Shown here piece by piece: positions 48,596-56,811 of a stretch of DNA of 64,000 nt; within the stretch, counting starts at the first letter, position 1, and each line of letters starts with the position of its first letter. The DNA is from Alphaproteobacteria bacterium. Lineage in GTDB: Bacteria; Pseudomonadota; Alphaproteobacteria; Sphingomonadales; JAKSBY01. The stretch covers positions 111,392-175,391 of the forward strand of contig JAJFIV010000008.1 of NCBI GenBank assembly GCA_021774625.1, written 5' to 3'. Position numbers and translations under genes: made by a program. The notes under the pieces are model-generated. The model saw only the letters and a program-made list of their open reading frames with translations, made no database searches and was not told the DNA's origin.

Positions 48596-48976
48596 ATGAT
48601 TGGATATGTAACGCTGGGAACTAATAAATTTAAAGAGGCGGCAGGCTTTTATGATGATCTTTTATCCGTGATCGGCGCCACGCGGTTTATGGAAATGCCC
48701 GACCATTTCATTGCCTGGAGCTGTGCCCCGAATACGCCGGGCGTATCTATTATCAAGCCCGCCGACGGCAAACCGGCAACGGTGGGCAACGGCGTCATGG
48801 TGGCGCTGGCCGTTGAATCGAAAGAACTGGTTAACAAACTTCACGCCAGGGCGCTTGAACTTGGCGGGGCGGATGAAGGGGCGCCGGGCCCGCGCGGCGG
48901 CGACGATTCAAATTTCTATGCGGGATATTTCCGTGATCTGGACGGCAACAAGCTCAATGCCTTCTGCATGAGTTAG
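48596..48976 (+). CDS. VOC (glyoxalase) family protein
   Basis: MIGYVTLGTNKFKEAAGFYDDLL...YFRDLDGNKLNAF. Confidence 0.8.
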   Translation: MIGYVTLGTNKFKEAAGFYDDLLSVIGATRFMEMPDHFIAWSCAPNTPGVSIIKPADGKPATVGNGVMVALAVESKELVNKLHARALELGGADEGAPGPRGGDDSNFYAGYFRDLDGNKLNAFCMS

Positions 48977-49000
48977 GGCCTTTGGCCCTTTTCGCCGAAA

Positions 49001-49190
49001 ACCACCCCGTTCATCCTGAGGAGCACAGTGAAACTCTTCCCCACCGTTCGGGCACTCAGGGCGAACGGCGGGGCTGGTTGCAAAGGAATGAAAGCCGTTC
49101 GGGCTGAGTGTTGCGCAGCAACGTATCGAAGTGCGGGGCTATTTCCGCCCTTCGATATGCTTTCCAGGCACTCAGGGCGAACGGGGGTGG
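49001..49190. repeat. Composite REP-like repeat element (locus B) with nested hairpins
   Basis: An 18-nt direct repeat GGCACTCAGGGCGAACGG occurs at 49051-68 and 49167-84. Hairpins CCGTTCG/CGAACGG (49044-50/49062-68) and ATCGAAG/CTTCGAT (49125-31/49150-56). Cores are shared with the loci at 9284-9395 and 13750-13832. Confidence 0.6.
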
Positions 49191-49226
49191 TTAAGTCAGA
49201 TTCTCTTTGATCGTCCGTATTTTCCG

Positions 49227-49799
49227 CTATTTCTTGCGGGAGATACGCGCGACTTCGCGCTCCACCATGTCTTCGACAATGCGTGGCAGATTCTGATCGA
49301 GATACGCTTTCAGCATTGGCTTCAGCATTTCGCGGACCAATGCTTCCAGGGTATTGCCGTCGCCTTCATAACCGGCAACCATGACCGCCGACAATTCGGC
49401 AAAGGACGCTCCGGCCAGCTGCTCCGTTGCATCGGAAACCAGCGTATCGGGCGGCGCGGCCGGCGGCGAGGGTTCGGCCGCCTCTGCTGGCTCCGGTTCC
49501 GGCTCTTCTTCTGCGACGTCACTCAGCTCCAGAATGTCGTCTTCTGCCTCCTCTTCCATCTCGGGCTCCGGTTCAGGTTCAATCTCCGGCTCGGGATCGG
49601 GCTCCGGTTCCGGCTCAGTATCAGGTTCTTCAGCGGCTTCCGGTTCCGGCTCGGGATCAGGTTCCGCAGCCGCTTCCGGTTCAGCCACCGCTTCTGCCCC
49701 TTCGTTACCGGCTTCCTCGCCATCTTCCGATATAATACGGCGAATGGAGGCAAGAATCTCTTCCATTGTCGGTTCTGACTGGTCCTTGGGGTCGCTCAT
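49227..49799 (-). CDS. popZ: PopZ-like pole-organizing protein (DUF2497)
   Basis: The N-terminus EPTMEEILASIRRIISEDG and C-terminus LEALVREMLKPMLKAYLDQNLPRIVEDMVEREVARISR match the conserved termini of Caulobacter PopZ as I recall them. The middle is a Pro/Glu-rich acidic linker. Confidence 0.8.
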   Translation of the reverse strand: MSDPKDQSEPTMEEILASIRRIISEDGEEAGNEGAEAVAEPEAAAEPDPEPEPEAAEEPDTEPEPEPDPEPEIEPEPEPEMEEEAEDDILELSDVAEEEPEPEPAEAAEPSPPAAPPDTLVSDATEQLAGASFAELSAVMVAGYEGDGNTLEALVREMLKPMLKAYLDQNLPRIVEDMVEREVARISRKK

Positions 49800-49922
49800 G
49801 AAGCCTAACTCTAAAACTGGTTATCCCGAAACATTATTCGATAATGCGCCGCCGCATTATAAACTATCAAACATTAACCATTTATTTTCAAGCTTCACAG
49901 CGAACGCGAGCCGAAGAATCGT

Positions 49923-51338
49923 TTACTCCGTCCCCCAGCCGACAAGCTGCCATTTTATATCATTATAATATTCTGTCGGGTCGTAAATTTCCACCGGCAG
50001 ATCCAATGCTATGGCGTTCAAGCGGCCGAGGGCAGACAACAGTGTGAAACCGGCGATATATACATCGCGCTCGGCCGTCACCAGATTGACCCGTGAATTC
50101 AAAAGCGCCTGTTCGGCATCCAGAACATCCAGTGTTGTTCGCGAACCGACCGCGGCTTCCTGACGAACACCATCCAGGGCAATTTCATTTGCATTCACCT
50201 GGGACCGGTTGGATTCCGTGCTGGCAACTGCAGCCCGATAAAGTTCCCAGCCGTTGCGGACCAGTTCCTGCACCTGTCTTTCCGCTTCCCTGATCTGCAA
50301 AATCCGCTGGCTTTTTATCTGCTTAGCCCGCCGGATGTCTGAATATTCCGCGCCCGACTGATAAAGCGGGACAACCAGTTGGAGGCCATAGCTGCGTGAC
50401 CTTCTGCTATTTCTCGCGCCCACGAAGCCATTGATTATAGGATCGAAGGTAAGCGACGGCGATTTGCCCTGATCGAATTGAGCAAATCCATCAATTGTTG
50501 GCAACAGCGCCCCTTTTGCCCCTTTTACAGCAAACTTGGCCGCTTCCTCGTTATAGACAGCAGCCGTGATAATGGGATTTTCCGCCTTCGCGACGGCTTG
50601 CGCCTCATCATGTGTGGCCGGGAATGTGGGCAGGGGCGGAGCTGAATCCAGCGTACCGGGATAGTCACCTGTAGCCCGCTGGTACGCCGCACGGCTGACT
50701 TCCAGATTTGCCTCGGCCTGAATGCGGGAGGAAACGGCGCCCGCCAGCGCGGCTTCCGATTGCGCCACATCGGTCCGGGTGATTTCGCCGACCCTGAACC
50801 GGTCATTGCTGGCTTCCAGCTGGCGTTCTAGGACCTGCACATTGTTATTGTTCAGGTCCAGAACGGCCGTATCGCGAATGACATTCATATACGCCGTAAC
50901 CGTATCGGTCAGCACCTGCTGTTCGGTTGACAGCAACTGGGCCCGCCCGGATTTTACGACACTGTCATTCTCCCTTTTGCTGTTATAGTCCCGGAAACCA
51001 TTAAAAACGGACTGGTCGAGCCGCGCCTGAAAGCTCTGGTTTCGCCCGACGATTGTGGTGTCGTTCACAACGCGGCCGTCGTCGGTTCTGGTTGTCAAAG
51101 AATTCGTATCGGAACGCGATACATTGGCCGAGCCTTGCAACCTCGGCAAAAAACCGCTGAGCGAGCGGGCAACGGATTCATCGGTCGCCCTCAGGGCCGC
51201 GCGCTGCGCCTGTAAAGTCGGGTTGCCGACATAGGCCTTTGCGAGCGCCTCCCGCAAATCCTCTGCGCTGGCCGGAGCCGAGAAACAGGATATGGCCGCA
51301 GTTATCGCCATGACTGACGTTGTTATTTTATACTTCAT
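49923..51338 (-). CDS. tolC: TolC family outer-membrane efflux protein
   Basis: Signal peptide; duplicated OEP repeat pattern (LREALAKAYVGNPTLQAQRAAL...; NPIITAAVYNEEAAKFAV...). Confidence 0.9.
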   Translation of the reverse strand: MKYKITTSVMAITAAISCFSAPASAEDLREALAKAYVGNPTLQAQRAALRATDESVARSLSGFLPRLQGSANVSRSDTNSLTTRTDDGRVVNDTTIVGRNQSFQARLDQSVFNGFRDYNSKRENDSVVKSGRAQLLSTEQQVLTDTVTAYMNVIRDTAVLDLNNNNVQVLERQLEASNDRFRVGEITRTDVAQSEAALAGAVSSRIQAEANLEVSRAAYQRATGDYPGTLDSAPPLPTFPATHDEAQAVAKAENPIITAAVYNEEAAKFAVKGAKGALLPTIDGFAQFDQGKSPSLTFDPIINGFVGARNSRRSRSYGLQLVVPLYQSGAEYSDIRRAKQIKSQRILQIREAERQVQELVRNGWELYRAAVASTESNRSQVNANEIALDGVRQEAAVGSRTTLDVLDAEQALLNSRVNLVTAERDVYIAGFTLLSALGRLNAIALDLPVEIYDPTEYYNDIKWQLVGWGTE

Positions 51339-51439
51339 AAGTTTTCCTCGCTATCGTAAGCCCGGCTTTGCAGGCGATTGTTATAGTTAATGGTTCTTAA
51401 CATTGTCTTTCATCTGCTCCCGTCAAATATCACAGATAT

Positions 51440-52093
51440 TTAAAATTGAAATACCGGTGGTTTTGCAAAACCGGGCAAAAGCGGCACCCCGGCATCGAAC
51501 AGATCACGTCCGCCAAGCACATTGCCGGATTTAATGGCGACATGCCCGCGGCCCAACCCGTTCCGGTTAAAAACGCAAACTAGACGGCCGCCGTCCGCCA
51601 GCTGATCCGTCAATGCTTCCGGGATGTGATCGACCGCACCGTTGAGGAAAATGACGCTGAAGGGGCCCTGTTTCGAAACACCCTCCGTGAGTTTGCCGGT
51701 TACTACCGCCGCATTGACAGCTTCGGACTCTGAAAGCTTATCGGTTGCCAGCTCTGCAAGCTCTTCATTTTCTTCAAGCGCGACCACCGCATCGGCAAGC
51801 TTCGCCATCACAGCCGTGGAATAGCCGGTGCCGCATCCGACATCGAGAACGAGATCGTCAGGGCCGATATTGGCCGCTTCCAGAAGCCGGGCAAAAACCA
51901 TCGGCTCCATCAGATAACGGCCGTCCGCTATCTCGATATCTTCATCGACATAGGCAATCCCCCGTTTCGACTTCGGCACGAACATTTCACGGGGAACGGA
52001 CCCTATCGCATCAATGATCCGCTCATTCGTGACTTTGTTGGGCTTTATCTGCCCGGCAATCATTGTTTTTCGTAATGTGTTAGTATCGATCAT
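51440..52093 (-). CDS. pcm: Protein-L-isoaspartate O-methyltransferase
   Basis: VPREMFVP, SAM-binding VLDVGCGTGYSTAVMA. Confidence 0.9.
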   Translation of the reverse strand: MIDTNTLRKTMIAGQIKPNKVTNERIIDAIGSVPREMFVPKSKRGIAYVDEDIEIADGRYLMEPMVFARLLEAANIGPDDLVLDVGCGTGYSTAVMAKLADAVVALEENEELAELATDKLSESEAVNAAVVTGKLTEGVSKQGPFSVIFLNGAVDHIPEALTDQLADGGRLVCVFNRNGLGRGHVAIKSGNVLGGRDLFDAGVPLLPGFAKPPVFQF

Positions 52094-52324
52094 ATTTTCA
52101 TCGGACTTAGGAGTTTCGCTTTCGGAGATATAATCATTAACCGACTGGATGACAACGATTTACACGCTAAAGGGCCATTAATATAGTCATTCCCATGCTT
52201 ATTTTACGCAGGAATGACTATTTCCCGACGGCGGAGATGAAAAATTTATTCGCGACATTCAGCGATTGCACGATGCAGACCGCTTTGATATACCCATCCG
52301 CCAGCCACAGACCGGCAAGACAGA

Positions 52325-52398
52325 GGCGCGGTGGCGGAGTGGCTACGCAGAGGACTGCAAATCCTTGCACACCGGTTCGATTCCGGTCCGCGCCTCCA
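52325..52398 (+). tRNA. tRNA-Cys (GCA)
   Basis: Cloverleaf by hand: acceptor GGCGCGG/CCGCGCC, 3-bp D stem GCG/CGC, anticodon stem GAGGA/TCCTT with loop CTGCAAA, T arm ACCGG-TTCGATT-CCGGT, discriminator T, encoded CCA. Confidence 0.9.
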
Positions 52399-54073
52399 AC
52401 TTTTCGCGGCCGATCCCGCGATAGATTTCCATAATGTCGGCAAATACGGATTCGGCGGTGGGCCAGCGGCCTACGCCTTCGCCATTGACGATGGTTTTTT
52501 TTCCGGATTCTGTGGTGACAACCAGCCTGTTGCGGGCATTTTTTACGCCGGCAAGGTCGCTGCCAGCATCAATCCGCATCAGGCTGACGGAGCCATGAAG
52601 AATGCCATCCTCCTGCCAGCAGGCGGCGACGTGGCGCAGCGTTCCGCTTAATCCTCCGGTATTTTCGATGCCGCCAATCCGCAGATTTTCCGGCGGAATA
52701 TCCCGGCCAAAGGCATGGCGGGCAAGGATTGAGAGTTTTGCGGCGGCGTCGAGCCCGTTAATATCGCGGCCTGGATCAGCCTCGGCATAGCCCTTTTCCT
52801 GAGCGGATGCGAGCGCCGTGCCGAAATCAGCACCCTGATCCAACTGATGCAAAATAAAGTTGCCGGTGCCGTTCAGAATGCCGTCAAGACGCTGGATTCC
52901 TTCATTTTCACAGGCCGTATCGACCGCTTCTATCGCACAAGCCCCGCCACCAACTGATGCTGAATAACAAAGGGTTACACCGTTTCCCTCAGATAAATAT
53001 TTAAGAATATTCCAATGACCAGCGATCATATCCTTGTTCGCGGTCACTACATGAATTCCCTGTTCCAGGGCGCGGCCGGCAATATCCAGCGCGGGATTTA
53101 TGCCGCCGATGGTTTCCACCAGCATATCGATACCAGCTGACAGGGCCTGTTCCGGATCGGTTGAAAAAAGCGCCGGCGCGATGCCAAGACCGGTGTAATT
53201 TCCGGGTTGCCGGACAATAATTTTGACGATCTCAAAACGTTCCGGTTCTTTGGCAAGATGCTGATAAACGCCATAGCCAACGGTTCCAAGGCCCAGCAGG
53301 GCAACCCGAACAGCTCGTTTGGGGCTGCCGGCGGCCATTACGGACGGCTGATCGCCGATGATGGTTTCATCAGCCGACCCCGCACAAGAAACGATAACAG
53401 GAAATTCATGGCGCCGGGCGTAGTCTATGGCCTTCGGCTGCACCAGCTGACCAGCAACCCGGGTGGCGTCGGCCCAGCTGGCGCGGGCGTATTTCCGGGG
53501 GCGCGGCCCGGATATCGCCGGATCCCATTCATAAAGCCCGTCCACATCCTTGAGCAGGCGGCATTCCTTCGCGCCAAATCTGCTGGCCAGAAAAATAGCG
53601 CTCAGGTCTGACCCGCCCCGGCCTAGAAGCGACATTTTACCGTCCTCGCCAATGCCGAAAAAACCCGGAAAGACCACGACATCACATGCGGCCAGATGCT
53701 GTTTCAGGGCGGCTTCATCAATACCGGCCGGCTCGCCGTCCCGATGCGGCCCCCTGATGGTGAAATTCACGTCACACGGGTCGAGCAGGCTGACCGGCAG
53801 TCCCGCCTGTTCAATATATATGGCGAGAAGCGCCGCTGCTTTCCGCTCGGCGCTGGCCAGAAAGGACGCCACCAAATGCCCGCCGGCATCCGGGGAAATT
53901 GCCCCGGCCTGTTCCAGCAGCGTGTCGGTTTCGTCTGCCATGGCGGAAACCACCGCAATAACCCGGCAGCCCTGCCGGGCATAACGATAAATTTCATGCA
54001 CGGCGGACCGCATGTCTTCCGGCTCTTTCAGAACCGAACTGCCAAATTTCAGGACGATCAGGTCAGGGTGCAT
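52343..54073 (-). CDS. Bifunctional aspartokinase (minimal, no ACT domains) / homoserine dehydrogenase fusion, MetL/ThrA-like
   Basis: Aspartokinase motifs VLKFGSSVL, LLGRGGSDLSA, LKDVDGLYEWDP. Homoserine dehydrogenase motifs LLGLGTVGYGV (NAD fold), VVTANKD, GYAEADPGRDINGLDAAAKLSILA. The last 18 codons and the stop (TAG, 52345-43) are antisense to tRNA-Cys. Confidence 0.85.
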   Translation of the reverse strand: MHPDLIVLKFGSSVLKEPEDMRSAVHEIYRYARQGCRVIAVVSAMADETDTLLEQAGAISPDAGGHLVASFLASAERKAAALLAIYIEQAGLPVSLLDPCDVNFTIRGPHRDGEPAGIDEAALKQHLAACDVVVFPGFFGIGEDGKMSLLGRGGSDLSAIFLASRFGAKECRLLKDVDGLYEWDPAISGPRPRKYARASWADATRVAGQLVQPKAIDYARRHEFPVIVSCAGSADETIIGDQPSVMAAGSPKRAVRVALLGLGTVGYGVYQHLAKEPERFEIVKIIVRQPGNYTGLGIAPALFSTDPEQALSAGIDMLVETIGGINPALDIAGRALEQGIHVVTANKDMIAGHWNILKYLSEGNGVTLCYSASVGGGACAIEAVDTACENEGIQRLDGILNGTGNFILHQLDQGADFGTALASAQEKGYAEADPGRDINGLDAAAKLSILARHAFGRDIPPENLRIGGIENTGGLSGTLRHVAACWQEDGILHGSVSLMRIDAGSDLAGVKNARNRLVVTTESGKKTIVNGEGVGRWPTAESVFADIMEIYRGIGREKLEARTGIEPVCKDLQSSA

Positions 54074-54293
54074 ACCAGCCTCTTGAATTTAGCTGACTTG
54101 ACCCGTTTTGCGCAAAAAAATACCTGTTCCACAAGATGCGAAGCAGGCTTTGCTCCGCTTTAGCAGTATTTATTTCGCGCCCGCAAGCTGAAGGTCAAAT
54201 CGGCGCACTTTCAATTTAACTATCCACTAACCCCGTCTTCTGTCAATAAAAAATGCTTGACGGATGTTTCCTGTCAGCGTTACATGCCGCCAT

Positions 54294-54410
54294 TACTCAT
54301 CGAGACCGGCTGAGGGATAGGCCCAGTGACGCCGGGGCAACCATTAAAGCTAACCCCTTTGATAAGGTGCCAACTCCTACGGGGACAGATGTCCACCGGC
54401 AGATGAGAGA
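54294..54410 (+). promoter_or_regulatory. SAM-I (S-box) riboswitch aptamer in the metX-metB leader
   Basis: P1 CTCATC (54296-301) / GATGAG (54403-408). GAGA-CCGGCT-GAGGGA-TAGGCCCAGTGACGCCGGGGCAACC matches the S-box core. P3 ATTAAAG/CTTTGAT. AAGGTGCCAACTCC matches the conserved junction. P4 GGGGAC-AGAT-GTCC. A possible promoter TTGACG-N17-TTACAT lies at 54257-54285. Confidence 0.8.
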
Positions 54411-54519
54411 AGCCGATAGAAGCCGGATTATATCCGGTGGTGGATCGGCCCCTCCTTCGCGGTTTTCCGTATGAGCTCCTGATGAGCTTAGCCCGATAAA
54501 GGCAACGGAGAACCAGCAA

Positions 54520-55548
54520 ATGCTCGCCAAAAAAAACAGCCCCGTATGCGCCTTCGATTTTATCGAACAGCCGCGCTATATTTTACCGGAAATCGTCGAT
54601 ATCGACTCGGTGATCGCGCTGCCGCCGGATTTTCGTCTTGCCGCGGGAGACCGCGCGCCCGCTGAATTGCGCTGCCGGCTGGTTGGCCCTGAAGGTGCGC
54701 CGGTCATTGTGGTCCTTGGCGGGATTTCCGCGGACCGTCATACGATTGACGCTTTGGATGGCGCGCCTGGCTGGTGGCGGAAGTTTGCCGGCGCCGGACG
54801 CGCCATTGACATCCGAAAATACCGCATCCTTTCTTTTGATTACATCACGCCGGACGCACCGGTCGCAGAGCGCATTCCGGCCGTTTCGACCCTTGACCAG
54901 GCGCGGGTCCTCGCCTTCCTGCTTGATCATCTGGGCCTTGCCAGGGTCCGTTGTTTTATCGGCTCCTCCTATGGCGGAATGATCGGTCTGGCCTTTGCTG
55001 CGGCCTATCCCGGACGGCTTGATCATCTGATCGCCATTTCCGCGGGGGATTATCCGCACCCCATGGCAACGGCCTGGCGGACGGTTCAGCGGCAGATTGT
55101 CCGGCTCGGCCTGAAATCCGGCCAGGCCAGGGCGGGATTGGCCCTCGCCCGTCAGCTCGCCATGACCACGTATCGCTCGCATGAGGAATTCGCCGCCCGC
55201 TTTTCAAGCATCCCCGCCTGCGACGGCGCATTCCCTGTTGAAGGCTATCTGAAAGCGCAGGGGAATAAATTCACTGACCGGATGTCGCCGGAGCGCTTTC
55301 TGGCGCTTTCGTTATCCATCGACCTGCATCACGTTGACGCCACCGCCATTACGGCGCCGGTGACATTGATCGCAAGCACGTCCGATCAAATCGTCCCGCC
55401 GGGCCAAATGCAACGACTGGCAAAAAAAATTCCAGGGCCCTGCAGTTTGGCGGCAATCCCATCCGTTTTCGGCCATGACGCCTTTCTGAAGGAAACCGGC
55501 GGCATCAGCCCGATTATCATCAAGACCCTTGAGGAGTTACCGGTATGA
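54520..55548 (+). CDS. metX: Homoserine O-acyltransferase (MetX family, short form)
   Basis: Alpha/beta hydrolase with VLGGISADRH, GWW, nucleophile GSSYGGM, acid STSDQIVP, His GHDAFL. Sits downstream of a SAM riboswitch and upstream of metB. Confidence 0.8.
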   Translation: MLAKKNSPVCAFDFIEQPRYILPEIVDIDSVIALPPDFRLAAGDRAPAELRCRLVGPEGAPVIVVLGGISADRHTIDALDGAPGWWRKFAGAGRAIDIRKYRILSFDYITPDAPVAERIPAVSTLDQARVLAFLLDHLGLARVRCFIGSSYGGMIGLAFAAAYPGRLDHLIAISAGDYPHPMATAWRTVQRQIVRLGLKSGQARAGLALARQLAMTTYRSHEEFAARFSSIPACDGAFPVEGYLKAQGNKFTDRMSPERFLALSLSIDLHHVDATAITAPVTLIASTSDQIVPPGQMQRLAKKIPGPCSLAAIPSVFGHDAFLKETGGISPIIIKTLEELPV

Positions 55549-56738
55549 CCAACGACACCAGGAATATTGAAACCCGGACTGTCCGCGCCGCTGTCGGCGG
55601 CGATACGGCGCACGGCGCAGTTATGCCGCCGCTTTATCTCTCCACCAATTTCACCTTTGCCGGCTTCGATCAGAAGCGTGACTATGACTATACCCGGTCC
55701 GGCAATCCGACCCGGGATGCCTTTGGCGACGCGCTGGCGAAGCTGGAAGGAGGCGCGGGCTGTGTCGTGACCTCTTCCGGCATGGCCGCCATTCATCTGA
55801 TCTGTCAGTTGCTGCGCCCCGGTGATCTTCTGATCGCCCCCCATGACTGTTATGGCGGCACCTGCCGTCTGTTGAATGCCGCCCGGCGCAAAAGGCATTT
55901 CGATGTCGCCTATATCGATCAGAATGACCCGGCGGCGCTTGATGCGGCGCTGGCGGGAAAACCGAAACTGATTCTCGTGGAAACGCCGTCCAATCCGCTG
56001 TTGCGTATTGTCGATGTCAGGGCCATTTGTGAAAAGGCGAAAACCGCGGGTTCGCTGGTGGCGGCCGACAACACCTTCCTGTCCCCCGCGCTGCAAAAGC
56101 CGCTGAAACTGGGGGCCGACATTGTTCTTCATTCCACCACAAAATATATTAACGGCCATTCCGATATTGTCGGCGGCGCGGTCATTGCCAAGGACCCGGC
56201 GCTGCAGGATGAACTGGGCTGGTGGGGAAATTGTCTGGGCCTGACCGGCGCGCCGTTTGACAGCTTCCTGGCCTTGCGCGGGCTGCGCACTCTTTTTGTC
56301 CGCATCCGTCAGCAGGAAGCCACCACTCAAAAGGTCGCCGCCGCGCTGGTGCGGCATCCGCGGGTGGAAAAGGTCTATTATCCCGGCCTGCCGGACCATC
56401 CCGGCCATGCCGTTGCCGTCTCGCAGCAATCCGGGTTCGGGGCCATGCTGAGTTTTGAACTGGATGACGGCGGCGGCAATATCCCGGCTTTCCTCAAGGC
56501 GCTTGCATGTTTCTCGCTTGCTGAATCCCTGGGCGGGGTGGAAAGCCTGATCGCCCATCCGGCCACCATGACCCACGCAGCCATGGAACCCGGTGAGCGG
56601 ATCAGGGCCGGGATTGGCGATAATCTGCTGCGGCTCTCAATCGGGCTTGAGGATGCGGAGGATCTGATTGACGATCTGACCCACGCCCTGGATTTAGTGA
56701 CGGACCGGCGGGGCAGGAAAAACCTGGCAGTGGTTTAA
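55545..56738 (+). CDS. metB: Cystathionine gamma-synthase / O-succinylhomoserine (thiol)-lyase, PLP-dependent
   Basis: Close by-eye colinearity with E. coli MetB (YTRSGNPTRD, APHDCYGGT, ETPSNPLLR, HSTTKYINGHSD with the PLP Lys, LAESLGGVESLIAHPATMTHA). 4-nt overlap with metX. A MetZ assignment cannot be excluded. Confidence 0.88.
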   Translation: MTNDTRNIETRTVRAAVGGDTAHGAVMPPLYLSTNFTFAGFDQKRDYDYTRSGNPTRDAFGDALAKLEGGAGCVVTSSGMAAIHLICQLLRPGDLLIAPHDCYGGTCRLLNAARRKRHFDVAYIDQNDPAALDAALAGKPKLILVETPSNPLLRIVDVRAICEKAKTAGSLVAADNTFLSPALQKPLKLGADIVLHSTTKYINGHSDIVGGAVIAKDPALQDELGWWGNCLGLTGAPFDSFLALRGLRTLFVRIRQQEATTQKVAAALVRHPRVEKVYYPGLPDHPGHAVAVSQQSGFGAMLSFELDDGGGNIPAFLKALACFSLAESLGGVESLIAHPATMTHAAMEPGERIRAGIGDNLLRLSIGLEDAEDLIDDLTHALDLVTDRRGRKNLAVV

Positions 56739-56811
56739 TCTTTTCAACAGCCCTGCTATGGCGTAGGCTGCGGCTGCTATTGCAACCGGTATCCAACAAT
56801 CGGGGGGGCTT

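Noticed and set aside
49480-49720. Short periodic repeats that could be mistaken for a CRISPR-like or minisatellite array
   Set aside because: The period is 6-12 nt with no spacers. The stretch is entirely inside the popZ reading frame and encodes the PE-rich linker.
54074-54256. Possible SAM-II or other riboswitch on the minus strand in the leader of the aspartokinase-homoserine dehydrogenase gene
   Set aside because: A GCGAA...TTCGC stem exists, but the SAM-II hallmarks (U-rich strand plus AAAGCU pseudoknot partner in the right order) are not present. This is best treated as an ordinary 5' UTR unless cmscan says otherwise.
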